DNA from: Laetmonice hystrix | Lineage: Eukaryota | Direction of reading: 5' to 3' | Length of the DNA: 64,000 nucleotides | Assembly (NCBI GenBank): GCA_965235115.1 | Contig: OZ249436.1 | Span: 54,066,001 to 54,130,000, forward strand | Part shown: piece by piece, positions 13,363 to 25,673 of the stretch | How positions within the stretch are numbered: the stretch's first letter is position 1 | Layout: each line of letters starts with the position of its first letter | The notes under the pieces: model-generated | The model's database searches: none | What the model saw: only the letters and a program-made list of their open reading frames with translations | Told to the model about the DNA's origin: nothing | Made by a program: the position numbers and the translations under genes

Positions 13363-16300
13363 CTCAATTAATAATAGGCCTATAAAAATAATTTAGACCT
13401 ACCCATCATATCTTATGTTTCCTTGACTAAAATGAGCGCTCTATACTCTAGGCCTATATTATAAACTACATAGTTTATTGGTTGTTAATGTAATGTAGGC
13501 CTATATCAAGATCTCATATGAATATCATGTCAGTAGCCTAGCTGTTGCCTGATGCTATATGAATAGGCCTATACAGAGCTTTTAAGTTGCAACCAGAAGA
13601 TTACCGATGACTAAATGCATAATGTCCTCAAACAAATCTCCTTATAAACCAATTCAAATGTTCTGCTTTATATTATGTGTACCTGTTGATGTATTATAAA
13701 AAAATGTCCTTTAAGAAAAGCCATTATACAAGGATGTACATGTAATAGTGTGCCGATGTTTTTGGCGTCTATCAAACATTGGGCCTTTAAACGTTTACCG
13801 ATTTATATATAGACATATACGACTCACTCCAAAGTAAAACTACTTTATGTACATACGATTAGATTTCAACCGAAGGTTCTAGATTCCGTGTAAGGATAAA
13901 CATGCCTTGTGCATACGAACAAGAAGACGTTACGAGATTTATAGGGAAAGTTGTAAATATCGTGACTCCCCCCCCGGCCCCCCGAACATCCATGGACTCA
14001 TTCAAACATTCAAAAGTATTCATACATTGTATGTATGCATGCATACATAATGTACAGGCCTATAGGTCGGGACCACTGACCCGGATGTAAACAACAAACT
14101 CGCGCGCTGCCGCCGTGCCGAAAATGTAGAACTCCCTAGTGTCGGACTTTACAAAGTCAGAATATCTGGGTTTCCTCCCAGGTGAAGACGAGACTGTTTT
14201 GTCTCCACGATAGAAAATTCGAGAAGGATAGGTATGCTAAGAAATTATACTTGAACTAGGCCTATGTGCCTGTGCGTAGGGGTCGACTATTTACTCTTGT
14301 GTTCATGTGCGACCGCTTTACACTACTTTGCACGAAAAACGGGAAAATGGCCGCTTCATACATCCGAGGCCTGCTTCGCCTCCGGATATGACCTAGAAAC
14401 AGCCAATCAGAAGCAGCGTCGGTGTTCCGAGTGCCATGGTCAGTTACGGAAAGTCTTCTAATCTTACATAAATCACGCGGGGTGAAGATGCTATGGGTGC
14501 ATCCACATAGGCCTAGGCTGGTCTCAACTTGAAGTAGGAATTCTCCACCTAATACGCCTAACAATAGGCGAGTTAGGCAATACTCCACTTCTTGAAGAAG
14601 AGACCAAGTCAGTCTCTCCTTCTTTAAGATGAAGAGAACATGCGTATCGGGCAAAGAAGCGGTCTGCGCGCGAGGTGATTCCCCACATTCAACGCCACCT
14701 AGTGCAGCTACGCGGTTCGTTTGAAAGGTTTCTTATATCTTGTTCCGATACCTACGCAGGATGTTGGACCCGTGTGTATAGACAGGTACCCACCTGTAGG
14801 TCATGGCTTCAACCAGGATGGGGCGGCTCTCAGTCATTGCCGTCTCTCTTGCCTTGAGCATCGCCTGGTGCACTGCCAACGCGTCATTACCGTCCACACG
14901 GATCGTCCACATCCCGTAGCCTGGTCCCCGCTCTACTATAGAGGGGGAAAAAGGCCTGATATATGGGCTTTATCGCAGCCACATACAAGGAAGCGGGGGG
15001 GGGGGGTAACTATAGATAGAATTTAAAAAAAATTATATTGTATATGAGACGCATGCATGCAAGTCGATGTCGTTGAGTTCAGTTTGTCTGCAGACATTTT
15101 GCTTTAATTATACACTTACCCACTCCATCACAGGCCATCTGTTCCTGAACGGGGGTCGCAATTGCCAAACGGTTATTTCTGCTGGATAAAAAAAACACAC
15201 GTTGATTGTGAATCTTGTTAGCATGATGTGGAGCCAGCGCCTCACAATGCAAAACATGCATCCAGACGCACCAGCTGAAACAGGGGTTTCCATGCAGAAT
15301 TAATAGTCCCGAAAAGAATCAACACAATAGAATTAACATATATCACACGACAAATGAGAAACAAATTTATAAAAATAAATAAACTTATAGCATAAGTCGC
15401 CCGTCAATTTGTACTTGAATTGAGGGGGTTAATGTTAATATGTTATACTGTATGCTAATAATTACCTTCCCACATGAGCCCGTCAAAGTTCTGGCCAAAA
15501 TCAAAACCGCCACAATAAACTTTATTAAAAAAGTCCATTCAAGGCAGATAAAACAAACTTTGTATAAAGTCCCAAGATTGCAGGAAATGCATCTTTTACT
15601 TCAATGAAAGACTCACCAAAAGAAAACAACGGGCACTTTCAAGGTAGAAGCGAAGTTCAAGGCGGCATGAAAGTCACCTGTAGAAGTCGAGCCTTCACCG
15701 AAATTTGTCACTACACACGCGTCTCGGCCGGCTCGTTTGTACGCGTATGCTGCTCCAACAGCTTGAAGATAACATGCATTGATCCTGACGCATTCCGGAC
15801 AATTTTCTGATAGTCTTTATATTATGCAATTTATACCTAGGCCTATTCACATTCCTTTCGACAATTTCATGACCTTATACCTCATAAGATATGAGCCTCC
15901 ACCACAATAGACTTTTAATATATATTATAGGGTGGGCATAAACGAGTTTGTTAATGTCCATCTGATATAACTACTATATGATTTACAGTTATGTGTGTGG
16001 GATCGTTAATGTACATACGGTCGATTCTCACGAACCGTCGTCAACTGGCCATAATAGCCGGGGGTAATAAATAAATAATGGAATAAAATGAAACTTTACT
16101 CCTGACAAGCCTGATGTGATGGGGCAATAATACCTCATATACAACTAATTCGAAAAGAGTTATTCAAAGTACAAGTAAAAAAATTGACGACTATAAATTA
16201 TACGTTTCTGACAAAAGAAGGGGATGTTTTGGCTCAAGAGGACGTCTAAGGGGTCGGACGGCCAACATCCGACATGCAGCGGTACAGATATAGGTATTTG

Positions 16301-19300
16301 CAGGTTCTATCATCTATACAAGTGTTTCACACGCCAGTTGTCAGACGGATGACAGTTTCACTCACCATGAGGTATTTGTGTAGCAATGGGGGAGGATATG
16401 GTGACGTAGTTATGTTGTCGCGATCCGTAATGTGTCGGCATCTGTCGACCTTTACCCAAGTCATCAACGTTACCGAAACACTGGTCAATCAGCGTCTCTG
16501 GAGACATGCCTCGCCACAGCAGGGTACCTGTCAAATTAGGAAATGGTTCTTGTCAACGTCGGAGCGACACTTCGGGGGTCAAAGGTGATTCACAGAGGAA
16601 GGGAAATTTGGTCTAAAAGTGGCTTCCAAACATTTAATACCTTAGTCCTACTAACAACATGAAGTTACGGTCATTGATGTGCAACAATCTTTCCGAGGGG
16701 AAACTTAATACTGGGACGAACATGGCTGCCTCTTATTGGACAAGAGTTTGAAGTATTAAAAATAGTAAACTATACCTGGATCTCTGTATTGCGAGAAAAT
16801 GAGATCTTCAGGTTGAAGTGCTGCGGCAGACGCTATCTGACAGGCCTCTTCGCCCTCACTCGTCACGTAAAGCGATATTAGCCCGGCTGTATAGGCCGAC
16901 ATTAAACGCTTATCTAGGCAAGCTAGCACCTTCATTTGGCGGTAAATCTCCACCAACTTTGTCTGGTCTGTCTGGAACAAGATTTTAAAAATTGCGTTAT
17001 AATTGAATTGTTTAAATTGTGATCAAACATAAAGTTGGCCTATTTTGAGCAGGGTTTAGGGTAGTTAGACATGTCAATTACAACCCCAAGGGCAGGTCGC
17101 CGCTCCGCTGCTGCCTAGGCCAGGGGGTTGGCGGGAATTGCAGCTTACGCCATTATGCCCCGCTGCCTTTCCTTTCCGGGGTTGGCGGGAATCGCAGCTT
17201 ACGCCATATGCCAGGAAGTAGCAGGGTGAATGTTAACTATTGATTTAAGAAGACAAACTATACCGTTGCCCTATTCCAGTACTCATATCCTCACCTTGGT
17301 CAGTGCTAGTGAAGGGTCCAGAAGAAATCCGGTCTCGTCAACTACACGGAAGGCTGGTATGGAAGATCCCAAGTCTTCCGGGCGAACAACCTCGAGATAG
17401 TGGCTATAGTGACCACACGTCAACGAATTGGAGTCCATCCATCTGTTTCTATCCGCTCCGTACTATAGAGTAATAATAATATTGCAATACTAATTTAATG
17501 TTTAAAGAAAATCTGTCTGAAAAAAGAAATAAACGCAGTCAATTCAACAAAACTTGAGTAAAAACAAATATTTTAAGGGGTTTCTAGCAGTCTGGTACCA
17601 TGGCGCGTCCATATCGACAATATTTTTAATTAATTAATTAAGCCTTTACCTATTTGGCTAGAGACGAGAGCATGCGAATCAAGTCATGCCCTTATTTGGA
17701 TTATGGGGGGGGGGGGGGGAGGGCGGGCGAGCAGCACACTCGCGCATGCGCGCTGTGCCCGTTGCTTAGTAACGACCGCTATGATGGTTAGGAAGGGAAT
17801 GCGGCAGTTCTCAGTCCATTGAGATGAAAAATATGGGATGTATCGCCTCATTATGGCTCATAATCAACAACAGACCTAGCACAACAATGTTAGGATTACG
17901 ACAGAATGTTTTATCAGTCCAGTGGGATAGATTCAAGATTAGGTAAGCTTGAAATACGCGGATTCGTAGGAGATGGGGACACCGCTCGGACAAAACTCGG
18001 CGGCTCTAAGGTGATCGATTACCTTTAAGATTTGGCTTCTGTGTAGTTCCTAGAAAAAGGCCTCTCACCAAGCTTTTTGGGCCTTCCAAATTAATTTTCT
18101 TTCGGGAAAGCCAAAAACAGTCATCCCAAAAAACTGTTTCAGGGATGACCCCCTGGACCGCGCCTGCGGTACCCGTGGGACACCACACACCAGCCACTCT
18201 CAACCCCCCCCCCCCCCCCAAAACACGCTTGTATGCGTGTGATCCACTTACGACCCGATGTGTTCCGACCTCTTCCGATTCAGACTTTAAGCGCAAGAGC
18301 GCCTAAGCAGTCGGAAGCAGGCGCAAGGCCGCGTAACGTAACGTAATGCCGCGCAACGCGCGCAACACCACGCAAGGAGAATCGAAAGGTGTGATTCACT
18401 TACGCTTCCTTACGCGGGATTTCATTCGGGATTCCCTCGGGCATTTTGAAGTCACTTCCTGCTATTCGAAAATACCCTCGGGTGAATTGAGCGCCATTAT
18501 GGCAACCAGATACATGGCGAATTGGACCTGTGTAGCGAGGCACTGAGTGTACATGAGTGAACCGTCATATCCCATTGAGCCAGGAAGTAGTGCATTATTG
18601 AAACCTGCTCCTTCAGGGTTGTAGGTGCAAATATAAATTTATGATATAAAGGGAAACGCTTGAAGAAGAAAAATGAATCACCCAATTTACCTAAATCGGC
18701 GTGATAAGGTAATAATTATGGTAAGCAATATGGCCGCGCCTATGAACAACAACAACACGACACATGGTACGACTACTTGTATCATGAACATGATACTATC
18801 GTAATATTGACCACTGACTTTGGGAAGAGCACTAAAGTCCTATTTTAGTTGCTTCCATGCCTGATGCAGACAAAATAGTGCAAGCATATGGTGGCCTATG
18901 GAATACCGGCGACGACATGCGAGATGCTAGAAGCGACATGGAACCTAACAGTGTCAATTTAGCACATAGAATGTTTCTTATTGACACCGACATCACGATC
19001 CACTGCTCAATTAGTGCCTATTTAACAATAATTTTGGGGCTAAAGTGAAAAACTAACACTAACCCTAGGCCTAACCTTTACCCTAACCCAAACACACTGT
19101 CTCGCATCTCGCATGTCGTCGCCGGTATTCCACAGGTGGCCAGAGTCCCGGCTCAATGTACCCGCGATGCAATGCTCAAAATGGCGCTCAATTCACCCGA
19201 GGCTATACTTTCAAAGATATGACCGAGGTTTCCCGATTGGCGGGTTCTCTGCAATTTTCCTTGCGATTTTGACATCACCCTTTTATTTTACTGTGATTTT

Positions 19301-22300
19301 GAGATTAAAGGATGCATAAACAGGGAAAGCCAACCAGGAAAGATTTCAGAGTGAAATTCCGCCATTAAATGAAAAATCGCTTCCTTATGCGGGTTCCTGA
19401 TCTATCATGTTTAATTTTCGGTTACGCGGGTTACGCGGACTCCGCGACGCGCGGAAGCAGTCGGAAGCCATCATAAGGCGCGTAAGAGATCGGAGAGCAT
19501 GATCCACTTACATATCCTGTTGCGTGGTACCGATTTTGATGATTTCATGATCGTAAGGCACGCAAGAGCACGTAGGGGGGAAATCGGAATGGTTGGAGCG
19601 TAAGTGGATCACACGCATTAAGATTTGAATCTTAAGACTCGGGTTACGAACTAAAAACCGGGCCTTGGGATTTCCCGGTTTTTTTTTACCCAGACCTCCG
19701 CTCGACTGGCACAATGACGCGCTCTCATGTATGTGCACGCTCACATTCGCGCCCATTTGCTGAAATGAACGCTCACAGATCCTGCACGGGACTCTGGGCA
19801 AGCCGCAGGGGGTAACGAGGACACCGGGGCGAACTACTTTCACCGTAGCACATGGAAGACATGGCTTCCCGCGTGACACCAGTCAAACCGGCGGCGGTTC
19901 TAAGCTCAAGACGCTCAACCAGCGTAAGTTTAATTCAAGACCTGTTCAACAACATCAGTCATCTTGCCGACGGGCACGCACTACTTTGTATCCACGATGT
20001 AGTAATTGACGAGTGTGACGAGTGAGGTGGCGCGGATGCTCCTAATCGGGCCGTGAGTGATATGTAATCTGTGAGAATGCTTTCCCCGCACGAACGAAGA
20101 TTGCCGAAGATTGCCGAAAGGACTCGAGTGTGAGAATGATGTACAATTAATGTATGTGGTCAAACTAGTTCCTACCGCGCATGCGCGACCCCATTTGTAT
20201 CGGCCGGCTTATGGCGCTAGCACCAGCTGGCCTCATCACTTGTCATCTGGCTGACATATAGTGCCACTTCATTTAACACCCATAAAAGAAAGTTAAGTCA
20301 ATTGAAATAAAATTTAAATAAAAGATCTGCATTTACCAAGACTAGAAATGTAAGATTTCGGGCAAATAAATGTTGGAAATGATCGGAATTAGCACCCTGT
20401 CTGCGGAAGTTTTTTTGCACGGGAAGTGATTCGTCTTTTGCTCGTAACCATAGAACGCGTGCTCGTAACCAATCAGACGGCGTAATTTGATCACGTGCGT
20501 TTATTTACCGGCCAAGCACGTGCTTTTGTGTAGCCTACATGCTATAGTCTATGCACGTTTCCAGTAGGCCTACAGTATTTTTTCTTGCAGCAATGAATAG
20601 ATCTACTAGCTGACTGGCTCCAGTCTAGGTGTGGGCGTAGCTTCTGTCGTACTCTACATTTCGCCCAGGCTATATTAATTATATCGGCTCAGCTACCTAC
20701 CCGGCTTGGAGCCACTGGCCGGCACTTGGACGCAGCAACTCCCGACAGCAAGCAGTTGCCATGGCCTGTCGGTGTCCTGCCGCGCAACGCTGTTTTCAAT
20801 TTTGGACACAGAAAACGTGTTAGGCCTATAGGCCTAGGCCTACTAAATCTAAAGCTCAGAAGACTTAGGCGTACAATGTTGAGGTTGGGTTTTATAAAAA
20901 AAATACCAATCGTTTAAAGTAGGCTACGATTGCTCGCCGCGTGCACAAGTCACGGCCAGCCCAGAGTCTGGCAGAGAGACCGGCTGGCCAACCGCCGTTC
21001 TCGCGGGTATCGGCGCGTCCCGGTCAGTGACAGCTCAAAGCCGGGAACGTGTCTGAGGGGCATGTGCAGCACAGGCTGAGAAATACATAAAATCGTCGAG
21101 CTCTAATGAGCTCTAACAGGTTTTTAAAAAGTATGGATAGGCCTATAGCCTATGTCTATGTCTGTGGACCAGCAAATCTTTGGAGCTTGATTTAGTAGTA
21201 GTGTAGCACCAGGTCAAAGTTAGGCTTTTTATCCCCAAAACGAGCGTTTGCTTTTGTTCTCTATTATCGCTCAGTAGATGGCAGCACTGCCTGCTCTTAC
21301 GCGCAAGTATAGTGCGGGAGGTGCGGGAGCTGGTGGCAGAGTCAGTAGGTTATGATCCACTATTTATTTTCTTCTATAATTTAATGTAATGTTTTGGCCA
21401 TTTTCAATGTTTAAAATAATTTCTGCGAATGTCTGCTTGGCATGGCAGGTTAGATATGCATGTTTCCGACAATAAAAACTCAATTTACGTATAGGTTGAA
21501 TGATTAGATTTCATTTTATCGGAGCTTCTGTTACATGACCCCAGGTGGCACCACCAAATCGACCAGAATACAGGCCTGTGATACATAACATATTGGCTAA
21601 GATTTTCCAAGGAAAGTTAAGCAGATATTCTCTAATAATACACTGATATTATTGATCATATAGTGAACTTTTTCTCTGTGGTATTTGATGAGCACATTCA
21701 GGGGGGTTATATCCATTCTTGGCCCTAGATACATTCACTCCATAGCATTTTGAGGGGCAACCAGCAGCCCATTGGCTAAATAGGGGGTCATGACCTAGCC
21801 TGGACCCGGGTCTAAACACTACGTATATAGAGCCCGGTGATGGCCAATCGAAGCAAGCGTTGTGATTGGCCCATCGAAAACATGGACGCAAACGAGGTAT
21901 AGTTCCGTACCCTCCGTATTTCTCCAACAAGACACAAATATTTTCGTCAATCCCTTTAAAATACAAGTGTTAAATGTCCTCGCTTTTCTGGATGTAAACA
22001 TAGCGTCAGCAGTCCCCACACCTGCTACTACGGTCTGCATACGCAGGGGCATGTTGCTATTGTTGGCCACTCCCGGCCACGCTCCAAGCAGAAGTCAATC
22101 ACTCTGTTAACGCTGACCAACGGACCGGAGGCGGAAGTGATTAGCTCCGAGGCGGAAGTGCTTGGAGATCACCACTTCCGTTTTACAGCTTTCTGTTAGC
22201 CATCACCGGGCCTAACATCAAGCGGATGCGTATGGTAAGGCACCGGGGACCAGGCTAGTCATGACCAGTAGCATTCGGGACTCCCTCGGGCATATGACGT

Positions 22301-24664
22301 CACTTCCTGCTATTCGAATATAGGCCTACCCTCGGGTGGATAGCGGCCATGTTTGGCAACCAGATACACGGCCAAATGGAGGTGTGTAGCGAGGCACTGA
22401 GTGAACCGTCATATCCCATCGAGCCAGGAAGTAGTGCATTATTGACACCTGCTCCTTCGGCGTTGTATGTGCAAATATAATTTTCTGGTATGAAGGGGAA
22501 CGTTTGAAGAAGAAAAATGAATCACCCAATTTACCTAAATGGGCGTCAATACGGTAATTTATCAAATTCTGGGAAGCAAAATGGCCGCGCCCATGTACGA
22601 CACTGGCCCGACACATGGTAGGACTACTTGTAATCATGTTGTAATTTAAGTTGTATCATGACATGATACTATTGTAATATTGCCCACTGACTTCGGGGAA
22701 AGCATTGTAGGCCTATTTTAGTTGCTTCCATGCCTGATGCAGACAAAATACTGCAAGCACTGCCATGCTGTCGAGAGTCCCGGCTAAATGTACCCGCGAT
22801 GCAATGCTCAAAATGGCACCTATTTCACCCGAGGCTACCTTCGAAGATATGGCCGAGGGAATCCCGAATGAGTCAGTAGGCCGCCGTCTGACCTCTGCCG
22901 TTGGAGAGTGAGTATGTGGTAGGCCAGCCTTCTAGGCCTAATTATATATTCAGGGGACAGAGATCGTTCACTTCATTCAATCTCTGCCACACGCTGGGTA
23001 CCATTCGGAAAAGTTCTAGCCCCCTAAACCTGACCTAGAAATCCCCGACCGGAACAGCCGAACATTGCCGAGCTCGAATAGTGGTTGCTAGATTTTGCTG
23101 AGGCACTCTTGTTGAACATTACGGCGCAGACTGTCAGAATGTGATGCCACACAAACACCTAAATCTTCAGAGGAATCAATCATCTGCAGCCGCTATGTTG
23201 AACGGAAGTAGGCCTATTTCGAATCATCCCGAAATTGGCCAACCGACTTGCGACTATAGCTGATTTCCCTCCGCAAATATGGTTTCTAATATTTTATCAG
23301 ATATTTCTCTTACAAACTAGGCCTACGGTGAATGTCCCTTGTTATAATCTCGGTTTTGGGATTTAGAGGTAGATCTATACGCTAAATTTTATAGATTCCA
23401 TAAAGGGCGGCCGACTTTGCAAAAACAGGGTTAAACGCGTAGGGGCCGCCACTGGCGGATCTAGGGGGTTCAGGGGGTTCGACCCCCCCCCCTAAAATTT
23501 TGCAGATACACACATTTTAACTTAAGGTGGTTCAAACATTAGGCTAATTTAGAAGGTTTTTTTTTCTTTCAGTCACAATATAAAAACGAACTAAAAATTT
23601 TTTTTTGCCTGGCTACGCTCGGCGTGATGTCATGCTGTAGATGTTGCTGTTGGACTTGAGGAGGCCCTTCTGCCCTTGGTCACATTGGTTATTGAATAGC
23701 TTATTTTGTGCTCCAAAATGCATCGGATTGCAACAAATAACACCTTGAAATTCAAAATTTTCCGGGGGGCATGCCCCCGGACCCCCTAGGAAGGCTGCGC
23801 GCCTACGGCGCTTGCAGTCTTCGCGCCTTCGGCGCTGGTACAGTGAACCCCCCCCCCCCAACGCAAAAAGCTGGATCCTCCCATGGGGCCCGATTTTGCC
23901 CGTAAAAAGTGAGGTGTGGCAGAGGGGTAGTGGAGTGAGCCCCTCTGCATTATGGGAGATTGCAGGGTCCTCTAGATTACGAGCATGCGCAGTTTGGCCA
24001 CCCACCCACCCCAACATGGCGACCTCCATCGTACAGCCGAGACATGACGAAGTCAGTTGATATAGAGCCGGGTGCTCCACTTGGTTTTCGCATTTGACGT
24101 AATTTTTTTTCACATTTGCCGCTAAATAATTGTTACATAATGTGGTTTCTATTTTTTGTATTTGATGTTAATTTTTTCACACATAGCGGAGGTTTCACAT
24201 ATGGCGAAATTTTCACTTTTGAGGGTGCTACACCCATACACAGTGGAGATAGCCCCCTACCCATTCTATCTCTGCCGAAAAAAAAGATCACACACAAAAC
24301 CGCCCAGGGACTGTAGACTGTTTGTTACACACAACTGGGTTGCGGAGATTCCATAAAATTTAAACGTTTGCCGTTACAGCTGTTACAAGGTTAAACAAGT
24401 ACATACTTACTTAGTTTCCTGACGACACGCCATAATAAATTACAGAACATGTCTGGAATAGGACCTTTCGTCGTTCAGCGGTTCAGGAAGCTATGTACAG
24501 TAATCCTCTTTCTTGCCGTTAATATGTTACAATAAACGTATACTTGCCGCCTGCGGATGAACAGGTCTGGGATGAACCAATGAGTTACATCTTGTTGATT
24601 GGATGATGGCAGGAATAGCGGAAAACATGCGAGGTAAAAATCTCCGGATCTGTGTGAGAGACAT
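5856..24664 (-). CDS. BCKDHA: 2-oxoisovalerate (branched-chain alpha-keto acid) dehydrogenase E1 alpha-like, divergent paralog, 441 aa
   Basis: Exons 24664-24548 (tentative, transit-peptide-like, GC donor), 17462-17295, 16971-16776, 16527-16366, 15761-15617, 15181-15120, 14935-14794, 7637-7466, 6017-5856. Phases join into a 1326-nt ORF. Motifs GKGRQMPTHYGS, SSPIATQIPHAVG, GEGSTSTGDFH..LNFA, FFCRNN, RVDGND, EAMTYR, MFTDVY. Exon sizes 196/162/145+62/142/172 agree with the recalled human BCKDHA structure. Exons 2-9 are firm, exon 1 about 0.55. Confidence 0.9.
6605..7501. repeat. Minisatellite, about 15 units of 53/59/65 nt, built from the BCKDHA-like exon 8 end plus donor site
   Basis: Unit GATCAGCGTCCAYGACAGACTCACCTGATCGTTTACGTCACGCTCACACTSAGACTCAA. 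The last unit overlaps the coding exon (7466-7501). Confidence 0.95.
8606..10304. mobile_element. Non-autonomous EnSpm/CACTA-like DNA transposon
   Basis: TIR CACTCTTAGAA...TTCTAAGAGTG, TA on both flanks, dense GGTTC/GAACC subterminal repeats at both ends. Confidence 0.8.
9211..9632 (-). mobile_element. Solo LTR (422 bp) nested in the EnSpm-like element
   Basis: TGTAAAG...CCTTACA termini, 4-bp TSD ACGA (9207-9210, 9633-9636), TATAAA and AATAAA on the minus strand near 9360-9390. Confidence 0.8.
13139..13365. repeat. (CT)n microsatellite, interrupted
   Basis: Directly visible. Confidence 0.95.
18233..19618. mobile_element. TIR MITE, outer layer of a three-level nest
   Basis: 20-bp TIR ATGCGTGTGATCCACTTACG / CGTAAGTGGATCACACGCAT. 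Confidence 0.7.
18423..19239 (+). mobile_element. Mutator-like MITE family copy (older), containing a further MITE at 18895-19136
   Basis: TIR CATTCGGGRWYTCCCTCGG-like, imperfect 9-bp TSD GCGGGATTT/GCGGGTTCT, body homologous to 22272-22870. The inner element has a 33-bp TIR and TGG flanks. Confidence 0.7.
19736..20138 (+). mobile_element. Interspersed ~400-bp element with imperfect TIRs (second copy 47390-47793)
   Basis: Near-identical direct copies 27.6 kb apart. Ends CACGCTCACATTCGCG / CTCGAGTGTGAGAATG. Confidence 0.7.
21796..22257 (+). mobile_element. Academ(H)-like non-autonomous DNA transposon
   Basis: TAGCCTGG...CCAGGCTA termini, perfect 9-bp TSD GTCATGACC, homologous copy at 55724-56494. 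Confidence 0.7.
22272..22870 (+). mobile_element. Mutator-like MITE family copy
   Basis: TIR CATTCGGGA(C/T)TCCCTCGG at both ends. Homologous to 18423-19239, 45300-45437 (partial) and 54932-55398. Confidence 0.8.
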
Positions 24665-25051
24665 GGTTCTCGGCAGTTGACAAGTTTGGTTAGTTGGCTC
24701 GCAATGCCAGGCTGTCAGACGGCAGACAGAGGGCAGACTGACAAGACGGACAGGGCAGGGGAAGTTACGCTCCAACTAGTGGGTCTTTGTGTGGTTTTTA
24801 ATGCTCTAAACGACCCGGCAGACGTAAAACATTCCGAGCCAATATTAGAGTGGTGGCAGAGTAACTATCATTTACCCCCCTCCCCCCCCAAAAAAAAATA
24901 TTAAAAACCATAATTTGATAAAGTTTGATTCTCGTTGATCCGGCTCTTACAATAAACCACTGCGAGTCTTAAATCTTTTTGTTTTTTACTTCTCTTTTGT
25001 CCTTGTTTCTGGTGACTTGTTTTGACCCATGACCCATATTTTCAATAGTTG

Positions 25052-25384
25052 TATCGTAGGGTAGCTGGTAACAACCACCCAACCTCGGTTATCTTTAGAC
25101 ACATGCTATGTACAGTCCAGTTAAATATAACCATATAGGGAAACAGGGTGGCTTGGTGGCTATAACTAGCGTGCTCACGTGCTCACTATCCTGGGGGTAT
25201 AAATGCACCCCACAGTTTAAAGCAGAAAGAACTTTTCATTCTGGGCACCAGACGAGACACATCTACGTGAGAGCACGCCAAGCCATCCAGCCACACCTAC
25301 AATGTCAGAAACTTTGTCACCTGTGCCACGACGGCCACTACTGGTAGGTCTTACCCTATGTTTAAGCCGTGGGTCGTTCTCGTT
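25052..25384 (+). promoter_or_regulatory. 5' LTR, left part (U3 with TATA box)
   Basis: Starts right after the TSD. The first ~83 nt match the inverted 3'-LTR start at 25741-25659. TATAAAT at 25198-25204. Ends in CGTTCTCGTT, which recurs at 33694-33703. Confidence 0.7.
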
Positions 25385-25387
25385 TTC

Positions 25388-25673
25388 GTTAAATATAACC
25401 ATACCATATAGAACTGTGACAATGACCAACACCACAACCTGTTTGTCCGTAGATAAACGGCAACGTCACAGCTTGTTTTAACACATACAGAAATTGTCAT
25501 ACCCCAACCGGTCTACCTGCCAGAGCTAATTTGGCCAAATTAGCTCTGGCAGGTAGACCGGTTGGGGTATGACAATTTCTGTATGTGTTAAAACAAGCTG
25601 TGACGTTGCCGTCTATCTACGGACAAACAGGTTGGTCATTGTCACAGTTCTATATGGTATGGTTATATTTAAC
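25388..25673. repeat. Spacerless palindrome of LTR U3 sequence (arms 147 and 139 bp)
   Basis: Centre ...CTAATTTGG|CCAAATTAG... at 25534/25535. Arms differ by one 8-nt indel and one substitution seen. Confidence 0.95.

Noticed and set aside
20700..20762. MATACCRELLRPSAGQWLQAG as BCKDHA-like exon 1
   Set aside because: It ends in phase 2, while exon 2 needs phase 0.
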